DNA of 64,000 nucleotides from Candidatus Krumholzibacteriia bacterium (GCA_041484665.1 JBGPIA010000002.1:288001-352000), one strand, 5' to 3'. Positions 9,703-18,706 are shown, counted from the first letter of the stretch. Translations and numbers: made by a program. Notes: a model not told the origin generated them from the sequence alone.

Positions 9703-11602
9703 CGGCGGGCTCGGTGGCGAATTGCAGGTCGTGCAGCCGGCGGTACGCGCCGCCGCGGCGCAGCAGCTCCTCGTGGGTACCGGTCTCGACGATGCGGCCG
9801 CGGTCGAGGACGACGATGCGATCGCAGCGCGTCACCGTGGACAGCCGGTGGGCGATGACCAACGTCGTGCGGCCGCGCATGAGGCGCTCCATGGCTTCCT
9901 GCACGGCACGCTCGCTCTCGGAGTCCAGGCTGCTGGTGGCTTCGTCGAAGATCAGGATCGGCGGGTCCTTCAGGATGGCGCGGGCGATGGCCACGCGCTG
10001 GCGCTGCCCCCCGGAGAGCTGCGTGCCGCGCTCGCCCACCACGCTTTGGTAGCCGTGGGGCATGGCCGCGATGAACTCGTGGGCGTTGGCCGCGCGCGCG
10101 GCCTGCTCGATGCGCTCGGCGGAAGCGTCCGGCGAGCCGTAGGTGATGTTCGCCTCCACGCTATCGTGGAACAGGATCACCTCCTGGGTCACCATGCCGA
10201 TCATGCGGCGCAGGTTCGACAGCGGGATGTCCTGCACGTCCACGCCGTCGATGGTGATCCGGCCGAGTGTGGGCGTGTAGAAGCGTGGGATCAGATCCAC
10301 CAGCGTGGACTTGCCCGCGCCCGAAGCCCCCACCAGCGCCACGGCCTCTCCGCGCCGTACCGTCAGATCGATGTCCCGCAGCACCGGCTCGCCGGCGCGG
10401 TAGGCGAAGCCCACGCGCTCGAAGCGGAGCGCCTCGCGCAGGTCGCAGACATCGGTACGGGTCTCGCCGCCCTCGGACTCCTTGGGGGTGTCCAGCACCT
10501 CGAACACCCGGCGCGCAGCCGCCAGGCTCTGCTGCAGGGTGCTGTTCACCTTGATCAGGTTCTTGATCGGCGCGATCACCCACAGCATCACGCCCAGGAA
10601 CATGAACAGCAGGTCCGGCCGCAGGCGCTGCTGGAGCACCAGCTGGCCTCCGAAGCCCACGATCACCACCGCTGTGGCCACACCGAGCACCTCGCTCACC
10701 GGGCTGCTGAGGGCCTCCACCACCTTGAGCTTCACGAACGCGCGGAAGTAGCGCTGGTTGCGTCCATCGAACCGCCGCGCCTCGGCGGCCTCGGCGCCGA
10801 ACGCCTTCACGATGCGCACCCCGCTGATGGTCTCTTGTAGCACGGCGGCGAGCTGTCCCATCTCCTCCTGGGCGCGGTGGCTGCCTTTGCGCAGCTTGCG
10901 GCTGATGGCGGCGACCAGCAAGACGTTGGGAGGCACGATCAAGAGCGTCGACAGGGCCAGCGGCCAACTCACCAGGAGGACGATCGTCACGGCCAACAGC
11001 ACCATGATCGTCTGGCTCACGATGCGCGTGGCCCCACCCACGATCGCACCGCGCATCATGTCCACGTCGACCACCACCCGGCTCATCAGGTAGCCCGTCC
11101 GCTCCTTCGAGAAGAAGCCCAGCGGCAGGGCCTGGATCGCCAGGTACAACCGCGCGCGGATGTCGCGGATCGCGCGGTGCTCGAGGTCGGCCAGCAGTGC
11201 CGCCTCGGCGAAATCGAACAGGTTCTTGAGGAAGTAGAGCAGCAGCATCCAGCTGCACAGGCGGGTCAGCATCTCCATCTTGGTGCCATGGTAGAGACGC
11301 TGGTGCAGCCACTGCGAGGCAGTGGCGCGCACGCGCTCCACGGACTCCGGCAGCGGGATCCCGCTGCGCGGCGCCGCCGCCGCGACGCCGCTGGGTTGCC
11401 CCGCCGCGCCGCCGGGGCTGGGCGGCGACTGGACCTCGGTCACGCGCGCCGGGTCCTCCTCGAACATGATGCGCAGCAAGGGCGAGATGAAGGTGATCCC
11501 GACGCTGGCCAGCGACGAGGCGAGCACGACGCAGATGACCAGCAGAGCGGTGCGGCGCCGGTAGGGGCGCAGGAAGGCCAGCAATCGCAGATAGTCGCGC
11601 AT
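9662..11602 (-). CDS. msbA: Lipid A flippase ABC transporter (TMD+NBD)
   Basis: ABC transmembrane domain, Walker A GASGAGKS, signature LSGGQRQR and [11 protein letters not shown] cluster context. Confidence 0.88.
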   Translation of the reverse strand: MRDYLRLLAFLRPYRRRTALLVICVVLASSLASVGITFISPLLRIMFEEDPARVTEVQSPPSPGGAAGQPSGVAAAAPRSGIPLPESVERVRATASQWLHQRLYHGTKMEMLTRLCSWMLLLYFLKNLFDFAEAALLADLEHRAIRDIRARLYLAIQALPLGFFSKERTGYLMSRVVVDVDMMRGAIVGGATRIVSQTIMVLLAVTIVLLVSWPLALSTLLIVPPNVLLVAAISRKLRKGSHRAQEEMGQLAAVLQETISGVRIVKAFGAEAAEARRFDGRNQRYFRAFVKLKVVEALSSPVSEVLGVATAVVIVGFGGQLVLQQRLRPDLLFMFLGVMLWVIAPIKNLIKVNSTLQQSLAAARRVFEVLDTPKESEGGETRTDVCDLREALRFERVGFAYRAGEPVLRDIDLTVRRGEAVALVGASGAGKSTLVDLIPRFYTPTLGRITIDGVDVQDIPLSNLRRMIGMVTQEVILFHDSVEANITYGSPDASAERIEQAARAANAHEFIAAMPHGYQSVVGERGTQLSGGQRQRVAIARAILKDPPILIFDEATSSLDSESERAVQEAMERLMRGRTTLVIAHRLSTVTRCDRIVVLDRGRIVETGTHEELLRRGGAYRRLHDLQFATEPADAAHPRPDPELAR

Positions 11603-11712
11603 TTTCGCAGTCTAACGCCGCCCCAGGGCCGGGGCCAGGGTCCGCGCCGCCGCCTCCGCCAGCGCTGCCGTGCTCTAAGGCGGCGCGGCGTCCGCGCGCG
11701 GCACCGCGCGGA

Positions 11713-12771
11713 TCAGCGCAGGAGGGCCTGCACCGACCCCAGGACGAGTGGCAGGCTCACCTGCTCGCCCTGCGCGCACTGGAGCACAGCGAGCCGGGGG
11801 CTTTGCGCCGGCATCCAGCCCGCCTCGTCCGCGGGCGTGAAGATGCCCAGCGTGCGCACGCCCAGGGCGGCCGCGAAGTGGAACAGGTCGGTGTTGCCCG
11901 CGACCAGCAGGTCGCACTGGGCCAGCAGCAGGATGGTCTCGTGCAGGGTCGGCCGCGGCAGATCGAGCTGGCCGCCGCGCAGCAGCGTCGCGAACGCCGC
12001 CTGGCGGGCGGCGTCGCGGTCGGCGGTGAGGACGATCAGCTTGCTGCGCACATGGCCGGCGACGTGGTTGGCCACGAGAGCGAGATTCTCCACCGACAGC
12101 ACCGCGCCCGACTTGGCCACGCCCGGGTCCACGCCGATGAACAGGTCTTCCTTGCGCGGCTTGTTGAAGTGCACGAGCTGCGCCGCCTGGCGCAGGCGCG
12201 CCTCGGGCAGCGGCCAGCGCAACGGCACGCCGTCCAGCGGCACGCCCAGCAAGCGACCCCAGGTCCCGGTGCGTTGGCTGGGATAGGCCCCGTTCTCCGC
12301 GCAACGCACCGCGCAATTGATGCGCGGGTATCCGCCCTCGTGGTTGGGGCCCAGCCGCAGCTGTGCGCCGCTGCGGTAGGCCAGCGTCTCGCGCGCAAGG
12401 TCCTCACCGTGCGCCAGCAGGACCGCGACGTCCCAGGGCTGCTCCTCCAGAGCCTTCACCACCGCCAGGAACGGCTTCCCGTGCGGTTTGAGCTGGTGCT
12501 CCTCGTAGACGATCAACTCGTGGAAGCGCGCGCACGACAGCGCCAGGTGGCTGGCCGCCTCCTCGCATACCAATCCGACGCGGGTCTGGGGAAAGCGCCG
12601 GCGGATCTCCTCCACCAGCGGCATCGCGAAGAGCAGATCGGTCAGGTCCCCGGAGTCCACGAACAGCACGCGCAAGCCGTCGTGCAGCGCGCCGGGCAAC
12701 GTGAAGCAGTCTCGCTGTTGGGGACCCGAGGCGAGGCGTCCGAGGATGCGGTCCAGAATGGAAGCGGTCAT
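11713..12771 (-). CDS. Divergent glycosyltransferase family 9 protein
   Basis: GT9-like layout (DLTDLLF.MP, R..FP...., L..CDLLV.GNTDLFH.AAALGV.T.GIF). Confidence 0.7.
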   Translation of the reverse strand: MTASILDRILGRLASGPQQRDCFTLPGALHDGLRVLFVDSGDLTDLLFAMPLVEEIRRRFPQTRVGLVCEEAASHLALSCARFHELIVYEEHQLKPHGKPFLAVVKALEEQPWDVAVLLAHGEDLARETLAYRSGAQLRLGPNHEGGYPRINCAVRCAENGAYPSQRTGTWGRLLGVPLDGVPLRWPLPEARLRQAAQLVHFNKPRKEDLFIGVDPGVAKSGAVLSVENLALVANHVAGHVRSKLIVLTADRDAARQAAFATLLRGGQLDLPRPTLHETILLLAQCDLLVAGNTDLFHFAAALGVRTLGIFTPADEAGWMPAQSPRLAVLQCAQGEQVSLPLVLGSVQALLR

Positions 12772-12803
12772 CGTCTGCGCGGGGTCTACGCGTGGGTGAC
12801 GGG

Positions 12804-12832
12804 ACCCTAGCAGCGCACCCCACCTCTGTCAA
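12804..12832 (-). promoter_or_regulatory. sigma70-type promoter
   Basis: Minus strand TTGACA-N17-TAGGGT upstream of the GT9 gene. Confidence 0.55.
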
Positions 12833-12899
12833 AGGGTCAACGCATCGGATTCCAAGCGGTTACCCCGGCCGGCTCGGGTGCCCGGCCCGGGGACGGCCC

Positions 12900-13070
12900 T
12901 CAGTCTGCAGGGCGCGACGGCGGCGCCAGGCCACACGCGTACAGCCATAGGTGGACCGCCAGGCCCTGCGGCAATGGCCACCCTCTGCGCCGGGCGTCGT
13001 CCAGCAGCCGCTGCCGGAACGCGACGCCCAGCAGCCAGGTCAGACGGGCCACCAGAAGCCCTCGCTCCAT
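12900..13070 (-). CDS. Small hypothetical protein (56 aa)
   Basis: ATG at 13070 preceded by AGGAGG (gtttcAGGAGGacgagcATG). Protein begins MERGLLVARLTWLLGVAFRQRLLDDARRRGWP. Confidence 0.45.
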   Translation of the reverse strand: MERGLLVARLTWLLGVAFRQRLLDDARRRGWPLPQGLAVHLWLYACGLAPPSRPAD

Positions 13071-13102
13071 GCTCGTCCTCCTGAAACCACGGCGACTGGC
13101 AG

Positions 13103-13214
13103 CCACCGCTGCCTGTAGCCCACACCGCCTGCAGCCGACCCGGCCCGCAGCCGGCACGGCCCGCCCCCGGCATGGCCCGCCGCCGGCACGGCCCGCCCCC
13201 GGCACGGCCCGCAG
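13103..13214. repeat. 16-bp tandem repeat, consensus CCGGCACGGCCCGCCC
   Basis: Four near-identical units at 13151, 13167, 13183 and 13199. More degenerate in-phase units at 13135, 13119 and 13103. Confidence 0.8.
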
Positions 13215-13269
13215 CCTGGGGTGCGCCCCGACATTCCCCCGGTAGCAAGAAGTGTCCCCGTCCGGGGCC

Positions 13270-15711
13270 CTACGTCCGCTGCTCGACCGTCTCCTCCTCG
13301 CGACGGATCGCCCGCTCCGACGGCTCCACGGCGCGCCGGAAGTCCCGCGTGAGGGCGGTATCCCAGACCTCCTCGACGCGGTCCACCAGGTGGAACTCGA
13401 TGTCCTGCGAGACCTCCTCGGGGAGGTCCTCGAGGTCGCGTTCGTTGGCCCGGGGCATGATTACATCGGTCATCCCCACCCGGTGGGCGGCCAGAACCTT
13501 CTCCTTCAGCCCCCCGATCGGCAGCACCTCTCCAGTCAGGGAGACCTCGCCGGTCATGGCGACGCGGTTCCGTACGGGGATCTTGCGGTACAGCGACATC
13601 AGCGCCGAAGCCAGCGCGATCCCGGCGCTAGGCCCGTCCTTGGGAACGGCTCCCGAGGGCAGGTGGATGTGCACGTCATGGCTGCGGAACCAGGCGCCGT
13701 CCCGGTTGGTCGTGGCGTAGCGGCTGCGCAGATAGCTCAGGGCGGCCTGCGCCGACTCCTGCATCACGCTGCCCAGCTGACCGGTGAGCCGCAAGGCCCC
13801 CTGCCCCGGCATCGCCACGGCCTCCACGAACAGGATGCGCCCCCCGACCGCGGTCCACGCCAGGCCGGCGGCGACACCGACCATCGGGCGGGCCTTCCGC
13901 TCGTCCTCGGAGAACTCCGGCGAGCCGAGAAACTCCTCGAGGTTTCGCACGGAAAGCCTTATCCGCTTTCGTTTTCCGGACGCGACTCCCCTGGCCACCT
14001 TGCGGCAGATGGTGCCCACGGTCCGCTCGAGCTGACGGACACCAGACTCGCCGGTGTAGTCCACGATGATGCTGTCCAGCGCCGCGTCGGAAATGCGGAG
14101 CTGGCCCGCGGCCAGGCCATTCTCCTGCAGTTGGCGCGGAACGAGATAGCGCTTGGCGATCTGCAATTTCTCCAGGCGCGTGTAGCCGGCGATCTGGATG
14201 ACCTCCATGCGGTCCAGCAGCGGCCGCGGGATGGAGTGCAGGACATTGGCCGTGGTGATGAACAGCGCGTTGGAGAGGTCGAACGGCATGTTCAGGTAGT
14301 GGTCGGTGAACGTGTTGTTCTGCGCCGGATCGAGCACCTCCAGCAGCGCGCTCGCCGGGTCGCCCCGGAAGTCCTGCCCGAGCTTGTCGATCTCGTCGAG
14401 CATGATCAGGGGGTTGTTGGTGCCGGTGGTCTTGATCCCGTGCAGGATGCGCCCGGGCATCGCCCCGACGTAGGTGCGGCGGTGGCCCCGGATCTCCGCT
14501 TCGTCGCGCATGCCGCCCAGGCTCAGGCGATAGAACTTGCGCCCCATGGCCTCGGCGATGGACTTGCCCAGGCTGGTCTTGCCGACCCCGGGCGGCCCCA
14601 CCAGACAGAGGATGGGTCCGCGCATGTTGCTCTTGAGCTTCTTCACGGCGAGGTATTCGAGAATGCGCTCCTTGACGTCGTCGAGCCCGTAGTGGTCGCG
14701 GTTGAGGATCTCCTCGGCGTGCTTGAGGTTGAGATTGTCCTCGCTGCTCACGCACCAGGGCAGCTCCAGCACCCAGTCCAGGTAGGTCTTGCTGACGGTG
14801 TACTCGCTGGCGCCGGGGCTCATACGACTGAGCCGGTCGTACTCCTTGAGGGCAACCTCGCGCACGTCGTCGGGGAGGTCGGTGGCCTCGATCTTGGCCT
14901 TCAGCTCGTCGAGCTCGACCGAGTTCTGGTCGGTGTCGCCCAGCTCGCGCTGGATCGCCTTGAGCTGCTGGCGCAGGTAGTACTCACGCTGGTCCTTGTC
15001 GATGGCCTTGCGCACCCGGCTCTGGAGTTTCTGCCCCAGCTCGACCACCTCCAGCTCGCGCAGCACGACCTTGCTGAGGTACTCGAGGCGGTCCCGCGGG
15101 TTGAGCAGCTCCAGGGCCTTCTGCTTCTCCGCCACTTCGATGTCTAGGTTCATGGCCACGATGTCGGCGAGCCTGCCTGGCTCGTCGATGTTCATGGCCA
15201 CGACCTTCAGCTCGTCGGAGAGGCTCTCGGAGGAGTCGACGATCTTGATGAAGTTGTTTGCGACGCCCCGCATGTAGGCGATGGTCTTGTTGTCCTTTGC
15301 CTCCTCCTCCTGGAGCACTTTGACCTTCGCCACCAGGTACGGGTCGGTGCGGACATACTTGGTGCGGCGGATGCGCGCGATCCCCTGTCCCAGCAGCCGC
15401 ATGCTCCCGTCGGGGAAGCGCAGCATCTTCTGGATGACGACCGCGGTGCCGACCTCGTAGATGTCGTCGCCGGTCGCCTCCCGCTCGGCTTGCTTGGCGT
15501 CGTCCCCCTCCACCACCGGGCGCTGCGCGAAGGTGCCCAGAACCTTGCTCTCGGCCAAAACGTCATCGGCTAGCTTGATCAGGTTGGCATCGGTCAGCGA
15601 CAGCGGAACCATCATGAACGGGAAGATCACCGCGTCGCTGATGGGGAGGATCGCCAGGCTGTCGGGAACCTGCCCCACTTCCAGCGTGCTCGTCGTCTGC
15701 TGGGTCGCCAC
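13270..15711 (-). CDS. lon: ATP-dependent Lon protease
   Basis: LON N-domain, GPPGVGKTS, RRTYVGAMPG, LDEIDK, PKDGPSAG and IGGLKEK motifs. Confidence 0.97.
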   Translation of the reverse strand: MATQQTTSTLEVGQVPDSLAILPISDAVIFPFMMVPLSLTDANLIKLADDVLAESKVLGTFAQRPVVEGDDAKQAEREATGDDIYEVGTAVVIQKMLRFPDGSMRLLGQGIARIRRTKYVRTDPYLVAKVKVLQEEEAKDNKTIAYMRGVANNFIKIVDSSESLSDELKVVAMNIDEPGRLADIVAMNLDIEVAEKQKALELLNPRDRLEYLSKVVLRELEVVELGQKLQSRVRKAIDKDQREYYLRQQLKAIQRELGDTDQNSVELDELKAKIEATDLPDDVREVALKEYDRLSRMSPGASEYTVSKTYLDWVLELPWCVSSEDNLNLKHAEEILNRDHYGLDDVKERILEYLAVKKLKSNMRGPILCLVGPPGVGKTSLGKSIAEAMGRKFYRLSLGGMRDEAEIRGHRRTYVGAMPGRILHGIKTTGTNNPLIMLDEIDKLGQDFRGDPASALLEVLDPAQNNTFTDHYLNMPFDLSNALFITTANVLHSIPRPLLDRMEVIQIAGYTRLEKLQIAKRYLVPRQLQENGLAAGQLRISDAALDSIIVDYTGESGVRQLERTVGTICRKVARGVASGKRKRIRLSVRNLEEFLGSPEFSEDERKARPMVGVAAGLAWTAVGGRILFVEAVAMPGQGALRLTGQLGSVMQESAQAALSYLRSRYATTNRDGAWFRSHDVHIHLPSGAVPKDGPSAGIALASALMSLYRKIPVRNRVAMTGEVSLTGEVLPIGGLKEKVLAAHRVGMTDVIMPRANERDLEDLPEEVSQDIEFHLVDRVEEVWDTALTRDFRRAVEPSERAIRREEETVEQRT

Positions 15712-15745
15712 CTCGTGCTCCTCGGGCCGCCGCCGGGCGGCGCCC

Positions 15746-16210
15746 CTACTGGTGCTCTTCGACCTGGATCGTGCGCCGCTCCCCGAGGCGGCCCTTGCCC
15801 TTGGTCACCCTCACCAACAGGAACCCGGCGTTGTAGCGCGCCCGCGCCGTCGACGGGTCGACGTTGTCCGGCAGGCGGACGTGGCGCTCGAACGGCCCCA
15901 CCATGATTTCCATCTTATGGAAGTGCTTCTTGCCGGGAGGGGCGATGTTGCTGCGCACGCCGCGGATGATCAGGAACTCGTCGTCCACGTAGACCCCAAT
16001 GTCGGATCGGCGCATGCCGGCGAGGTCGATCTGGACAACGAACTCGTCGTCGGTCTCGTAGACGTCGGTGGCGGGACGCCAACTGAGATCGCCCTGCATC
16101 CCCACGGGCTTGTTGCTTCGCCCCGGCACTCCGAAGAAGAGCTCGAACAGATCCCCCATGTCGCTGGGGTCCTTGGCCCCGCGCGGCTGGGTCGGGTCGG
16201 CCTTGAGCAT
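15746..16210 (-). CDS. Hsp20/alpha-crystallin small heat shock protein
   Basis: WRPATDVYET, GPFER...LP..VD and A.Y..G.L motifs. ATG at 16210 with GGAGGAG RBS. Confidence 0.92.
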   Translation of the reverse strand: MLKADPTQPRGAKDPSDMGDLFELFFGVPGRSNKPVGMQGDLSWRPATDVYETDDEFVVQIDLAGMRRSDIGVYVDDEFLIIRGVRSNIAPPGKKHFHKMEIMVGPFERHVRLPDNVDPSTARARYNAGFLLVRVTKGKGRLGERRTIQVEEHQ

Positions 16211-16291
16211 GGCTCCTCCGCTCGCGCCTGGATGGCGGATTGGTGCGCGCGACGGGTGTCCTCGAGGGCGTCGACGCGATGCTTGAAGGGC

Positions 16292-16320
16292 ATGGTAGGC
16301 AGAGCCCAAGGCGTCGTCAA
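16292..16320 (-). promoter_or_regulatory. sigma70-type promoter for hsp20-lon
   Basis: Minus strand TTGACG-N17-TACCAT. Confidence 0.6.
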
Positions 16321-16506
16321 CGTCGCCGCCGCTGCGGACTCCAACTGTTCGGGTTGCCGTCACCGCCGGCTTCGGTCGCCGTTCTCGCCGCCTGCTTGCT
16401 CGTCGACGCGCCTTTGGGACATCGTCGCGGGCGCGTGAGTCGTGTACCCTGGGGCTGCGCGGGACGGGCGCCCCCTGCTAGACCCCAGTCCCACAGGTGC
16501 GATCTC

Positions 16507-17493
16507 ATGGAGCGACCTTCCAGCCAGCCGGGTACGACCTCCGGGTGCGCCCTTCGCATCGGCCCGGCCGGCTGGAGCTATGAGGACTGGGTGGGCCGTG
16601 TCTACCCGCCCGCGCCCCCGCGGGGGTTCGACCGACTGGGCTGGATCGCCCGCTTCTTCGACGTCGTCGAGGTCAACGCGAGCTTCTACCGCATCCCGTC
16701 CCCCCGCACCGCGCAGGGGTGGATCGCGCGCGTCGCGCGACGCCCCGGCTTCCGCTTCACCGCCAAGCTGCACCAGAGCCTCACCCACGAGCGCGTGGCC
16801 GACGCGGCCATCGTCCACCAGATGCTCGAGTTCGTGCGGCCGCTGGAGGAGGCCGGGGCGCTGGGGCCCCTGCTGGCGCAGTTCCCATGGTCGCTGCGTC
16901 CCGATGCGACGGCGTTCGACTACCTGCGGCGCCTGCGCGACGCCTTCGGCGAGCGCCGTCTGGCGCTGGAGGTGCGCCACGGCGACTGGCAGGACGCGCA
17001 GGCGCAGTCCGCGGTGGCCACGCTCGGCTACGATCTGGTGAGCGTCGATCAGCCCCAGATCGGGCGCAGCCTCCCGCCGGACGTCCAGCGCACCGGTGAG
17101 ACGGGCTACGTACGCCTGCACGGCCGCAACCGGGCCGCGTGGTTCGCGAGGGACGCGGGGCGCGACGCGCGCTACGACTACCTCTACTCGCCAGACGAGC
17201 TGCAGGAATGGACCACGCGCATCGTGTCGCTCGCAGCCAGCACGCGCGAGACGTACGTGATCACGAACAACCACTTCGAGGGCAAGGCAGTGGCGAACGC
17301 GCTGGAGCTGCAGGGGCTGTTGGGGCTGCCGGTCCCGCAGGCGCCGCGCTGGATCCTCGAGCACTACCCGGCAGTGCGCGCCACGCTCGCGCGCCACGGA
17401 GCGCAGCCACAGCCCGTCGAGGCGACCGACGTGCCTGCACCCGATCGATCGCACGACGAGGCACCTGCGGGGCAGGGGCAGCTGTTCGGTTGA
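16507..17493 (+). CDS. DUF72 (YecE family) protein
   Basis: IGPAGWSY.DW...YP, VEVNASFY, LLAQFP, LEVRH, YVRLHGRN, YDYLYS..EL and NNH..GKA..NA motifs. Confidence 0.92.
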   Translation: MERPSSQPGTTSGCALRIGPAGWSYEDWVGRVYPPAPPRGFDRLGWIARFFDVVEVNASFYRIPSPRTAQGWIARVARRPGFRFTAKLHQSLTHERVADAAIVHQMLEFVRPLEEAGALGPLLAQFPWSLRPDATAFDYLRRLRDAFGERRLALEVRHGDWQDAQAQSAVATLGYDLVSVDQPQIGRSLPPDVQRTGETGYVRLHGRNRAAWFARDAGRDARYDYLYSPDELQEWTTRIVSLAASTRETYVITNNHFEGKAVANALELQGLLGLPVPQAPRWILEHYPAVRATLARHGAQPQPVEATDVPAPDRSHDEAPAGQGQLFG

Positions 17494-17540
17494 ACGCCTC
17501 CTTGCATCGCCGCTGACCGCACCCCGGCCAGCCCCCAAGA

Positions 17541-17838
17541 GAGCCTGGGTGTCTCCAGCCCCTTGGCCCCTGCGGTCTCCGCTCAACGTCCTCGCCCCGC
17601 GGCAACCTGCTCGTAGCAGCACACCGCTGACGGCCCCCGAATCCACGCGCTCTCCGAGCGACTCTCCGCAGCCCGCCGGCCGATTCCCGGGTTCATCGGC
17701 CGGCGGGCGAGGACTGTCGCGAGGGGAGCGCGTGGAGCCGGGGGCCCGTGAACGGCGTGCCCCAACGGACCGATGGCCGCGGGGCTGCGGAGTGTCGCGC
17801 GGAGACCGCAGGGGCCAAGGGGCTGGGCACGCGCCAGC
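17541..17838. repeat. ~300-nt imperfect palindrome / long foldback element
   Basis: Perfect 28-bp inverted repeat at 17555-17582 / 17799-17826. Perfect 14-bp stem at 17671-17684 / 17695-17708 around a 10-nt loop. The arms between these blocks are colinearly complementary. Confidence 0.9.
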
Positions 17839-17864
17839 GGTTCGAAGGGCTGGCCGGGGCGGGG

Positions 17865-18467
17865 TCAGCTGTACTTGCGCAGGATGCCCAGGACGATGCC
17901 ATGGATCCTCACGCGGCGGCGCTCGAGGCGCTGCGGCGCCGTTCCGTCGCCCGATGGCTCCAGGCGCACCGCGTTTCCTTCGCGATAGAAGCGCTTGACC
18001 GCCGCCTGCGTGTCGTCGATCAGCGCCAGCACCAACTCGCCGTCGCGCGGCTCGTCACGCTGCTCGAGCACGACGAAGTCACCATCGCGCATGCTCTCCC
18101 CCCGCAGCGAGTCGCCGTGCACCAGGAGGACGAAGGCCGCGCCGTGCCCGAGCATGTCCTCGGGCACCGCGACGCTCATCGCATCGGAGGTCGTCTCGAC
18201 CGGATGGCCGGCGCTGACGCGTCCCAGCAGCGGGACGCGCCGCGCCTTGCCGTCGGTCTGGCTGAGCACCTCGATCGCGCGGCTGCGATTCCACTGCCGG
18301 CGGATGACCCCCTTCTCCTCGAGGGCCTTGAGGTGCTTGTGCACAGTCCCAACGGAGGAGAGGTCAAAGTGCGCGGCGATCTCCTCCAGGCTCGGAGCGA
18401 ATCCCTGCACGGCGATGGTCTTGCGCAGATAGTCCAGGAGCTGCGACTGGCGCTTGGTGAGAAACAC
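17865..18467 (-). CDS. lexA: SOS repressor LexA
   Basis: GTG start (FLTKRQ..LL..L). PSLEEI HTH, Ala-Gly cleavage site (VSAG.P), Ser (GDS) and Lys (VKR) of the S24 dyad. Confidence 0.95.
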   Translation of the reverse strand: MFLTKRQSQLLDYLRKTIAVQGFAPSLEEIAAHFDLSSVGTVHKHLKALEEKGVIRRQWNRSRAIEVLSQTDGKARRVPLLGRVSAGHPVETTSDAMSVAVPEDMLGHGAAFVLLVHGDSLRGESMRDGDFVVLEQRDEPRDGELVLALIDDTQAAVKRFYREGNAVRLEPSGDGTAPQRLERRRVRIHGIVLGILRKYS

Positions 18468-18613
18468 AGATGTCCCTTCCGCAATCGGCGAGGCACGGCG
18501 GCCGTGCGGCCGTGCACGCAGGGGATACGCGCGCTGCGCGCTCTCCGCGTTGGGTGTGCGGCGCTCCATCGCCGCTTCCGGATGTGGTGCCGGTCATCCT
18601 TGGGAGCCCACTG

Positions 18614-18643
18614 AGCATAGGTGAACAAAAACAGAATGCGCAA
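18614..18643 (-). promoter_or_regulatory. lexA promoter with putative LexA operator in the spacer
   Basis: Minus strand TTGCGC-N18-TATGCT. The spacer holds GAAC-N7-GAAT (plus strand 18623-18637). Confidence 0.55.
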
Positions 18644-18706
18644 CCCACTGCTTCGATGCCCCGGGAACAGGCCGGCTGGGCGGGCGATCGGCCCCCGCTG
18701 GCCGGC

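Noticed and set aside
12826..12840. TGTCAAAGGGTCAA as a CtsR box
   Set aside because: The repeat period is 8 rather than the 10 nt of the CtsR heptad repeat. It is not upstream of a heat-shock gene and no ctsR is seen.
13103..13214. Tandem array as a CRISPR array
   Set aside because: Units are contiguous 16-mers with no unique spacers, and there are no cas genes in the window.
13252..15147. Long plus-strand ORFs antisense to lon (likewise opposite clpC, bamA, nadB, lysS, lolE and others)
   Set aside because: Shadow ORFs caused by high GC3 and stop-codon scarcity. They show no protein motifs and lie opposite well-supported genes.
16211..16330. CIRCE, HAIR or ROSE element upstream of hsp20-lon
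   Set aside because: No TTAGCACTC-N9-GAGTGCTAA or other recognisable consensus, and no clear anti-SD hairpin.
17541..17838. Long hairpin as a simple bidirectional terminator or an autonomous IS
   Set aside because: About ten times the length of a terminator, no U-tracts, no transposase ORF and no obvious target-site duplication. Kept as an unexplained finding instead.
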